Positions 49,645-59,203 of a DNA stretch of 59,203 bases are shown here, one piece after another (within the stretch, counting starts at the first letter, position 1; each line of letters begins with the position of its first letter). Under the pieces are notes generated by a model, which was given only the letters and a program-made list of their open reading frames with translations, had not been told where the DNA came from and did no database searches. Source of the DNA: a virus (taxonomy: Duplodnaviria > Caudoviricetes). The translations under genes were made by a program, and so were the position numbers. The DNA lies in the IMG/VR virus record IMGVR_UViG_3300002143_000074, positions 1 through 59,203 of that record; one strand, written 5' to 3'.

Positions 49645-50160
49645 TTATGATTCAAAATCGAATACATAAATTATACGTTTACACCCCCAAGGTGGCATTA
49701 TGATTGCTTTCAGTGGTTTGGTTTGATTAAACCACTTGTCAAAGTCAGATAATTTAAGGTTATTATGACAATCTTTTGGGTCAGCACATCACCACTCCAA
49801 TGGTAAACTGATAATTGCCCGTCGTGCGACTCGTTTGACTTCCTCGAAGATTTTAGATTGGTGTCCGTCTAAATGTTCAAACACCTGTAAGGCCATGAAT
49901 ATATCAAATTGTTTATTTTCAAACGGCCACGGAGTTTTACGTGCATCATGAATGACTCCACCCATTTTACAAGACTGTTGATTCATTGGAATGCTATTTT
50001 TAAACAATGGAAAATCCCACGTTCCTAACTCTAAACAAGTGTTGGGTTTGAACTCCATTGTTTGTTTTATAGCTTCTGCATAATATGGCCACCTATCCGC
50101 ATAATAGGGATTTTGTTTTAAGGTGTTGAGATAATCTTCATAATTTACTGGTTCTAACAT
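49645..50160 (-). CDS. class I SAM-dependent methyltransferase-like protein, in-frame TGA at 49789-49791
   Basis: CLELG, PWPF..KQFD, QVFEHL, EVKRV; frame continues LPLEW*CADPKDCH to TAA at 49645. Confidence 0.7.
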
Positions 50161-50164
50161 ATAT

Positions 50165-51880
50165 TTAATCCTCCCAATCATCGAAGAATTTACCATTACC
50201 CATCCAATATACGATGTTTACATTTGGGTGGTCACGTCGTATTTCTTTCAATGCGGTTTCCTTACCATACTTTTTACGTGGGGTTTTTCTTACATCAACC
50301 GCAGTCAATTTATTAGCTGGACAATTCCAACTCATATCATTAATCATACATTTATCCATTACACAAATTCTCGTTGCCCAAATCAATGCACCTTGGTCAA
50401 AACATTTGAGTGACTCTTCAACCTCTGGTTTAGTTAATGCTTGTTTGCATGCAAATAACCAGTTGTATAATAGACCACCACACTCACTTTTATCTATTGC
50501 CAATATACCGGTGTTGAATGTCAAACTTGGGTCGTTGGTGCTGTTGTATGGTAACACCGATTCCACATTACCATTGATACAAAATGATGGATTGTAAGTG
50601 TCCTTGAATACCACAAACTTTTGTTTATTCATCATTTCAATCAATGGATACAGGGGTTCCAACACAATCGCATCAACATCAATCCAGAGGATTTTGTTAT
50701 ACTGACACTTGTTTATGAGAAATGGTTTCTTCCAAATATTCAGATGGTATAGTTTATCTTTGAACTGTTCATGTATTTCTTCGTGAGTGAATATATCGGT
50801 ATCAAATCTATGTTTGATTGGGTTGATTCCATTTTTGACACACCACGTTGTTTGTTCAGGTGTCAAACCCAAATCATAAATTACAATCGGACCATTCCAC
50901 ACATTACGTATCGCAGCCAACCATGTTGGAAAGACTTTGAAAAATTTACTATCAATAGCAGAAACAACAGCGGTTTGATTGACTCCAACCAATCCATCAT
51001 CGTTACGTATAAGAAAATACTGTTTAACCAAATGAATCATTTCTTCATCTGCGATATCAGTCCATGTCAACAATCCATCTTCATTATATGTTAGGTCTGT
51101 ATAAGGATTGAGATTGGTAATGTTGTCTTGACGTTTAATATACTGTCTATCTTTCTTGTCACCATGCCATAAGTGTTGAATATTGGCACGTAATACACCA
51201 ACCTCATCTGTGCTCGATATATATTCTCTCACTTTATTGGACCATACATCATATGCAGCCATTAACTCACTGTTGAGATTATAGAAGCGATTGTGTAGTT
51301 TTATATCCAACACGGTAACGACAAACCACGAATCGTTTGACCCCATAATATGTTTATCAAACAAACCAACCTGAGTAAAGAAATCACGTCGAGCAGCCCA
51401 AGCCCACCCCGGTCGAAATATTCTCCAATCCTCACATGTCTCTATTTTTTGTTTAAGACTAGCGACAGATTTCACAATTTGTATAATATTACCAGATGAA
51501 TCCAAATCCTCACAATATTCAAACATTTGAACAATTTTATATTCATCTAATAATGTTTCAGCACGTTGTGCCCAAGTATCGTCACTATATAATAAATCAG
51601 CATCAATCCACGCAACCTTGGTTATGTAGTCAGGTAACTTGGATACCATGACGTTAATTAAGTTCTCTTTATACCACAGAACTGTATTGCTTCGTAGTTG
51701 TAACGTGTTTGGTCCAGCTGGTAAATCGAATGGTTTATCGTCAAACGCAACTTCGATGGTAAACAACTCATAACCAGTTCTTTCCACACCCTCTTTGAAC
51801 TTGAAATAATTGTCTTTAATTAGTTTGTAACCACCGTAGTTAAAATAACATGCGATTATTGCTAATGACTTCTGACTCAT
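50165..51880 (-). CDS. two-domain glycosyltransferase
   Basis: Two GT-A-type DxD motifs (WIDAD, WIDVD), HLWHG, KP, FNTG, DQG. Confidence 0.8.
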   Translation of the reverse strand: MSQKSLAIIACYFNYGGYKLIKDNYFKFKEGVERTGYELFTIEVAFDDKPFDLPAGPNTLQLRSNTVLWYKENLINVMVSKLPDYITKVAWIDADLLYSDDTWAQRAETLLDEYKIVQMFEYCEDLDSSGNIIQIVKSVASLKQKIETCEDWRIFRPGWAWAARRDFFTQVGLFDKHIMGSNDSWFVVTVLDIKLHNRFYNLNSELMAAYDVWSNKVREYISSTDEVGVLRANIQHLWHGDKKDRQYIKRQDNITNLNPYTDLTYNEDGLLTWTDIADEEMIHLVKQYFLIRNDDGLVGVNQTAVVSAIDSKFFKVFPTWLAAIRNVWNGPIVIYDLGLTPEQTTWCVKNGINPIKHRFDTDIFTHEEIHEQFKDKLYHLNIWKKPFLINKCQYNKILWIDVDAIVLEPLYPLIEMMNKQKFVVFKDTYNPSFCINGNVESVLPYNSTNDPSLTFNTGILAIDKSECGGLLYNWLFACKQALTKPEVEESLKCFDQGALIWATRICVMDKCMINDMSWNCPANKLTAVDVRKTPRKKYGKETALKEIRRDHPNVNIVYWMGNGKFFDDWED

Positions 51881-54800
51881 ATATCATAAATACTAATGGA
51901 TGTTCAAAACCACCTCAAATCTTTTGTTGACAAATCAATCGGGGTATGGTTATATATAAACATGTGGATTAAATGGAAATACAACGACCATGCTCACCCC
52001 GGTAGTGCAAGAGATATGTCTTATCAAGTTGGTGTTCAACTTGCACTTTACGATGAACTAATGAAAAATAGAAATGAACCTGTATGATTTGGGGAAGTGA
52101 CATAAAGCCAAAGAAGAATCCTAAGTATTTATTCCGTTCGGATGACGGTGTAAGATTCACCCGACAATCTGATGGTCTATACACAATGGACGATAGTTAT
52201 ATGGACGAGATTATTCGTCATAGATACAGTTATGATGTATTGATGTCACATAGATTTGTTACACGACTGAGAGACTGTCGTATAACAAAAACAATTCAGT
52301 ATAACGATGGACATGGAAATGGTGATTTTGATGAGTGAAGAAGAATTTGAAAAATATATCGACGTGTTGGGTGATGAAGTCATGTGCAAATTTTTGGAGT
52401 TAGATGAGGTTCAGATGGAACACTTCGATTCAAAGTTAACCAAGTTAATTATGGATAGAAAGAATAAGTTATGTCCACCAATTCTATAACATTTATGACA
52501 ACTAAAATAGACGAATCTATAAAATCCGTAGAAAATGCAACCGAACACTATATGACTCTAACTCGTTGGATGTATACTGAGGAACTTGATGGAGAAATTG
52601 GTAATCTGTTTAGTAGAGTGTACTATCAAACCTACGATTTTATTCACTCCGATTCTATTTAATCCTCGGTAACGGTTATCATGATTTGTGGTATCATCAG
52701 TTCATCTGGAATGGTAGGCATCAACGCATCAAAACATTCGTAACTTGATTCTTTGTCAATCAATTTATCGGTGTATAACACCCATTCATATAATCTAATT
52801 TTCGGTGATTTATTCATGGTGATAGTCCCAAATACTTACTATCATTTCATTATTTGCCATTCTGAGTTGTCTGGTGACGAATAACTCTGCACAGACACCA
52901 CTAATTGTCTCTTTATCAATCCACTCATTTTGACCAGTCATTACATTAATGAGTTCAAACATGTTATCTACATTCTTATTCTTCATCTATAAACTCCATA
53001 TCATATCGACGTCCTAAGTTTAAAAGGTCATGCACTACATGTACAGTTTGATAAAAAGCTGCATCGGCTGTTGATGTATAAATTTTCTTATTCGTAGCCA
53101 ACGGATAGATATACCATGGGATTTGTATTTCTATAATTTCACTCATTTACAAACTCCTTTATGACGGTTGGAAAGTTTGTTAGTCCCACAATTCTAATAT
53201 CACTAAAACGACGATGTGCATTATATGTTGTTCTAAACACAATATCCAAAGATTCATCACCCAATACACAATCGTCGGTAAGATGTATATACTGATATAA
53301 TTTAATGGGTGCAAATTTAGTCATTGGTGAAATCTTGGATATAACTTGGGTTATTGTCGGCACCAAATTCTCTTGGGATGAACCGTAAATCATCGGCTGC
53401 CCACACTACACGAATCCAAGTCTCACGCATGATGACCCCATAATCATACGTTTCTGCATATGAACCCATTGTCACTATTAAACGTGAATGAGAGTTTATT
53501 CAAACATTCGACGGTTGGTGATAATAATCGTTTATCCATATTTAACGCATAAATTCCTCTGCCGCAGTTCCTCGGAGAGCCCAATCTTCATCCGATGTCT
53601 CGAATATAGATGTATTAAAAACTCTAGCTGATTCAATAATAACAAAATCTTTACATTCACGAACCGACTGACGAGATGAATCCCCACATTTTACTCGTAT
53701 ATCCGCGTCCAATTTATATTTTGTTTTGAGATGTTTTTCGATAAGTTTATTCATCTTCTAAATAATCTATTAAAATACTAATATGATTACCCATCATATT
53801 TTCCATACTTGGTTGAAAGTCGATACGTGTATTTTTTGTCAATCCAAAGTCAAAATCTTCACATTTTTCTCCAAGCTGGTTATACATATCTGGTCCACGC
53901 ATATTTTCTATTTTATAGTGAGTGTTCATAACTCAATCTGTCAAAAATTCATGAATGATGTTTGAACTTTCCGCTAGGAAGAAGTGTTTGCGTTCATTTT
54001 CGTTATATACATCTATTACCAAGTCACCACTAAACACATGTCCAGATGTGCTAGTGAATAAAAGTCTATGAAATAAAGCAGTCGAAAATATCTCTTCACG
54101 GGATTTTCCAAATTCAAATCCATTTTCAGATAAACACTTTAAAATTGGTAACGGAAATTTATTCATAACCAACTTTTTAGAATTTTAGTCCTGTAAATTT
54201 CCATGAAGAAAGTATGTGCGGGTTCTAACAAAAATATATAACCACCTGTGAACATTAACAGTTGAATCACATGTAGGGTGGTGTTCCACAACTCCACAAC
54301 ATTAACCATCGCACCGAAAATGAATAGTGCATAGAGTAACATACTAATAAATCTGGTTAAAAAATTGAGATATTTCATACAAATCTACTTTACTGGAAGT
54401 CCGTGCATTGTCAATGATTTTTTAGATACGTCAATGATATTGGTCATACAAGTATTTTTCAACTGTTTCCATGCTATACTCTTTATCTTTCTCTTACTCA
54501 ATGGTTTAGGTGTGAATGTGGAGAATTTAACCGATGTCATAAATTTACGGTTGCTGTCGAAGAATTCGACTTCATAATCTTTCGTTTCAATTGTTATTAT
54601 TGACGTATTCATTTAATGAGACTACATCCTCATTTGAGATACACAACTTATTATAGATTGACTATTTGAGTTGTTTGTGGTTCACTGGATGAGTTAAATG
54701 AAAATCAGTGACTATGACAATATGTGGATTGATGATTTTCTATCAGATTGATATGACCAAGTATAAAGATAAAGAACGTGTAGTGTTTATGATGATTTTA

Positions 54801-56451
54801 GACGACATTGAGAAAATGACGGATGGTATGAATGACAATAACATGAGCCTGACCTTGTGGCCACCAAACCAGTTTTGGTCTGGTGATTTTTTTGTAGATG
54901 AAAATTAAAAATGATGAAAATGTGGTATTCACAGCATACTGTCGTCAAATTCAAAATACGACGGATGATAATTGTGATGTAGTCCAGTGGAAATCATATG
55001 AATTCCACCCATTCATATTCAATGAATATATCATTTTGGAGTTTGCAAAATATGAAAACTAAGACTTACAACTTATCACAACGTATCAATAACATAGCTT
55101 CTGGTTATGATACTGACCCATGGTGTAAAGATGAAAACTATCTGTTTATATGGCGTTCAGCACCACGAACGGATTTAATACAACTGACTCAGGGTATGGC
55201 TGTTAATGATTATAAAGATGATGAAAACTAAAATTTGTTACATTACCGACCGTATCACCGAAATGGCTGCAAATTATGATGTTGACCCATGGTGTATCAA
55301 TGATGAAAATGTGACTATATGGAGAACATTGGGATTGGTGAAATTTAACAACTCATTATCCATACAAACCGGCATTATCGGGGAATATATGTATTAAGAC
55401 TAAACTTAAAAATAATGAAGATTGTATTTTTTCATTACATTGTGATTCCATTATAGAAACAACTGATAGAGGGTGTCATGTTTTAATGTGGGATTTATAT
55501 TCATCCAACCACATACAACCATTTGATGTATTTGAATTAATTAGAGATGAACATGAAGACTATGATTAATAAAGATGTCCTTTGGAGACATAAAGTGGAA
55601 AAATTTACCAAACTTCAAAATGAAATGAAAGAATTAGTGTCACAACAATTCGCAGGAGACATTGTTGATTCGTCGTGTAGATTTGGATTGATAATTTCTC
55701 CACTGAGGTTGATTGTAAATTATACACATGAAAATTAACGACGCACATCTCAATAAACGAATCAATGCCATGGCTTCAAGTTATGATTTTCTAAACAGTT
55801 TAGATGAACCATATCTGTCTATATGGGCTAAATTAACTCGTATGAAAAAACACTCAGGTGTCCGAAATATTGTTATAAGCGAATATATTTACGATGAATA
55901 CGAACCAAAAAAGCAATATTAATTACACCGTCTTTAATGGTGACATATACAATCTCCGTAAGGAGATGAACGTCACAATCTATGATGATTTGGTAGCTTG
56001 GGAACATTTGGTTTTATTAGTTAGGAATACTCCCGCACAAATAGATGGTTTTATCAACGATAGTGATATTTTATGAATACTAAAAATGCAAATGAAACTA
56101 ATAAACGTATATCACGGGAAATTGGGCATTTCAGTAATAAACATGGTGTCATGGATGGTGATATTTTTTGGTGTGGAAAAAGGCATCACGATTAACTCCG
56201 ATAACCGCAATGTTTATGAGTGATAATTTTAACGGTACCCTTGATTTTATCGACGACAATAATATATGAATCCTGAAAAAAACATTAATAGGTGTATAAT
56301 GAATATAATTGGCCCTTTCAGTAAAAAACATGGGGACTTTGATGATGATGTTTTTTTGGTTTGGCAAAACGTAGCATTGACAACTCCAACAACATCAATA
56401 TTGATGAGTGATAATGTTGATAACACCCGTGATTTTAGCCGTAATTAAAAT

Positions 56452-56817
56452 ATGAAAGTAATACTAGAAAACCTCGACACCCCGAATAAAAACAACCGTA
56501 TCTATTCCAAGGAGTGTATAACCAACGCTATTGAAAAGTCTCGTAGTGACACAGTATTGGTTTATTTAAATCAAACATCCAATCCTCGACTACAAGATGC
56601 GGCTGGTGTAGTCAATGAAGTGAAAATTGAGAATAACCAAGTGGTTGCCGATATTCAAATTCTTTCATCTCCAAGCGGTATGGTGTTGAAAGATACTCTA
56701 CTCAATAATTCGGTTGGTTGGAATATGGTAGGAGTTGGTCGGTTACAAACTAATAAAGATAATCAACAGATAGTCACCGATTATCGAATTGAGTATATTA
56801 ACGCAAATCCTACTTAA
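56452..56817 (+). CDS. prohead protease (T4 gp21-type) fold protein, probably inactive
   Basis: D.PN.N.RIY..E and I.IL.SPSG...K..L; the His and SSRG catalytic motifs appear replaced. Confidence 0.6.
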   Translation: MKVILENLDTPNKNNRIYSKECITNAIEKSRSDTVLVYLNQTSNPRLQDAAGVVNEVKIENNQVVADIQILSSPSGMVLKDTLLNNSVGWNMVGVGRLQTNKDNQQIVTDYRIEYINANPT

Positions 56818-56918
56818 AACCTCTAATCAGATGAAAAATATCAAAAGAATCGTCTAATTCCATGAAATATATCACCGGAACCCACTTTTTGTTCGTAACC
56901 GCATAAAACAAAATTCGA

Positions 56919-56946
56919 TTGACAATTGTTAGACTTAGTATAAAGT
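56919..56946 (+). promoter_or_regulatory. sigma70-type promoter
   Basis: TTGACA, 16 nt, TAAAGT, 9 nt before ATG 56956. Confidence 0.65.
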
Positions 56947-56955
56947 TGTGAATGT

Positions 56956-57357
56956 ATGAAGAAATTCACATTCAAAGTCTACTCATTTAAGGAACGAAGG
57001 TTCTTGCCACAAAATGGTCAAGAGTGTTACGTTCTTGCAAAGGATGCGTGGGTTGGTATTGGTGACCTATTGAACAATGCTGATTACCACGTTTGTATAT
57101 CAACCGGAGTCTTGGATAAGAATGGGTGGGAAATCTATTGTGATGACATTGTGTTCAAGTTACACACTCATGCAGACTATGTTACTCCACGTAAGTTTAG
57201 AGTATTTTACGAATTGGGAAGTTTCAAAATTGGTCCGGTTGGTAATAATGGAACAACTCTCTGTGGAGAAGATTCAGACAATATGCTCTTGGAGAATTGT
57301 ATAACCGGAGTTCCATACACCTTTCTGGAAGTATCGGGTAACGCATTTGTTGTATGA
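56956..57357 (+). CDS. YopX family protein
   Basis: STG.LDKNG.EIY.DDIV, EVSGN. Confidence 0.75.
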   Translation: MKKFTFKVYSFKERRFLPQNGQECYVLAKDAWVGIGDLLNNADYHVCISTGVLDKNGWEIYCDDIVFKLHTHADYVTPRKFRVFYELGSFKIGPVGNNGTTLCGEDSDNMLLENCITGVPYTFLEVSGNAFVV

Positions 57358-58941
57358 ATGACTTATTTTTAAAACGTAAGTTGAAATATTATAAATGGAG
57401 TGACGTCTATAAAGATACCAAACGTCATGATATGGAAACCTTAAATCTTACCACATGCATTGACCATAGTGAATATAAAATCATAGGTGATGCGACCAAT
57501 AGTGTCTTGGAAACATCCGCAGTAAGGTTGTATGAGAGTCAATTGGATTTTATTAGCGATTTATGAACTTCCAAGTTAAAATTCAGATGGATGTCTTTGA
57601 TGAGATTTCTAAAAATATACAGAAGCCGTTGGGTTTTAATGTCAACCATACGACTGAATATATAGTCATATCGAAATTGGCTTCACCAATACTGGCTCCG
57701 TTGAACAATACATTTGATTTCAACTTTACAGACTCTAAGAATGAATAACGTATGAATGTCCTATCACCAAATTATATTAATGATGTCGTCCGTAGTATGG
57801 TTGACGATAAATCATTTAAACCCAATAGTTGTGATGAACTGTGGATGTTAAACAAACCATTTATGGGCGTGTGGTGTGATAATAACTTGGTTTACATAGT
57901 TGACCCATCAAATGATTATGATATACTGTGGAATCTCGGTTTTCCGTATAATACGAGTTTCGTTTATGTAGAAGATGAAGAAGACACTGATAGCATATAA
58001 TCTACCACCATTCGACATAACTCCTAGAGTCAATGCATTGTTGGATAAAGAACCACATCCAAATCAATATCAAACACTTTGGTTGCCCGGACACGCATCT
58101 GTGAATACACTGTTTGAGTTAGAATGTTTAACTGATTTTACAGAGAATTGATATGTCATTACAGAGATACACTTCACCCGATTATGTGAGTAAAAAAGTC
58201 CGCGATAAAGTCGCTGATGAATCGTATGAGTCGTTCGGATTCGATGTATTATGGATGTCGTTGAGAGAAGAACCGTCCCATATTGACATAGCCAAATTTA
58301 TTCTTTATGGTGATGTATGGACAGTGTTGAATGCTACCACGGATAGTCTATGGGAATTCAAACACAATGAGGATTGATATGAACGATTCAAAAAATAAAG
58401 AAACAACGGTTTATGGTGGAGTCGATGTCCTTCTATCCGAAATTGGAGAGTTAATTAATGATGAGAATTCACCATCCATGGCCGGTTGTCTTTATACTGA
58501 ATTGGAGGATGGTCCTCTAAACATGACAATAGCCGTTTCACATAGTCGAGATGCGTTTATAAAGGATTGATATGTATAGTAAAAAACTAGAAAGAATAAG
58601 AGATTTTCAATACGAGTAAGAGATAGAAAGACTGTTGTCAATAGTTGGAATAATCGACCCCACTAGTGATACATTGATATGTTATAAACTAAATATGCCT
58701 GCACTTAGGGATGTTAGAATGGAATTTCATAGTGGTGTATTACAATCAACCTATGATGACATATGAATGAATTAAAAATTAGTCCACGTCGTCATATGCT
58801 TGAAAGTTTGGACTCGGTAATAGATTATTCACATACTAAGGATGTGTATGACATAATAATACTCGGTTATAATAATGGTATGAGACTCAATACATTTGTC
58901 AATCAATTTACCTATACTGAAATGACCACCCTCTCCATGGT

Positions 58942-59203
58942 GGGTACCCCTCCCCCACGTTAACGGTAACGCACCAAGTCTAAAATCGCACTTATAAATT
59001 CACCACCGACACGCTGAAACAAGCCCGGTTAATAATAAATTTATTTCTATATCACTACAACCAATTCAGGAGATATACAAACGCAATTATCATATACGCA
59101 TATAACAACAGTAGAAGAATCAAATATACAAGAATAACAAGATATAGACAATATGCTATAAGACAATCAAACTCCCTCATGGGGAGGGGGTACCCCCCCC
59201 CCC
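58942..59203. repeat. GC-rich imperfect inverted repeat pair at window end
   Basis: GGGTACCCCTCCCC (58942-58955) vs GGGGAGGGGGTACCC (59181-59195). Confidence 0.6.

Larger units (their letters stand above)
51962..58963. other. array of short (about 45-85 aa) tightly packed ORFs, several paralogous
   Basis: Dozens of ATGA-coupled small ORFs, mostly + strand with a - strand block at about 52.7-54.6 kb. Confidence 0.65.

Noticed and set aside
1-59203. CRISPR array, retron or diversity-generating retroelement
   Set aside because: No regularly spaced repeats, cas genes or reverse transcriptase motifs seen
1-59203. Genome-wide alternative genetic code (15 or 4/25)
   Set aside because: Long genes are intact under code 11; only a few scattered internal stops of mixed type

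Overview
AT-rich, densely coding segment of a large (probably jumbo-class) dsDNA tailed-phage genome; host not determinable from this window. 0.9-4.0 kb is an RNA island: seven tRNA or tRNA-like genes (an amber suppressor, two atypical Cys-type tRNAs, one undetermined, two tRNA-Ser, and a tRNA-Arg(UCU) split by a ~124-nt structured insertion in its D-loop) plus a ~1-kb ornate non-coding RNA with end-to-end pairings and an embedded tRNA remnant (GOLLD/ROOL-like). Recognisable proteins include a CCA-adding enzyme, Thg1-like 3'-5' polymerase, truncated RNA ligase, DNA ligase, CoaD-CoaE fusion, TrpC-like protein, NADAR, YqeY, phosphatases, amidoligase, GP88-like protein, 2H phosphoesterase, glycosyl- and methyltransferases and five free-standing homing endonucleases. 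A radical SAM gene is fractured by a naturally split intein with an HNH gene between the halves. Two promoter classes are visible (TTGACA/T-N16-TAnnnT and TATTTAT), both sitting almost directly on start codons. Many TATTTAT-class genes share an N-terminal MIKLKDLLxE-type leader that resembles a capsid-targeting sequence, suggesting virion-packaged enzyme cargo. Several genes carry in-frame stops of all three types, small indels or internal deletions, so part of the signal may be consensus error or decay. All calls are by eye; no database searches were run.
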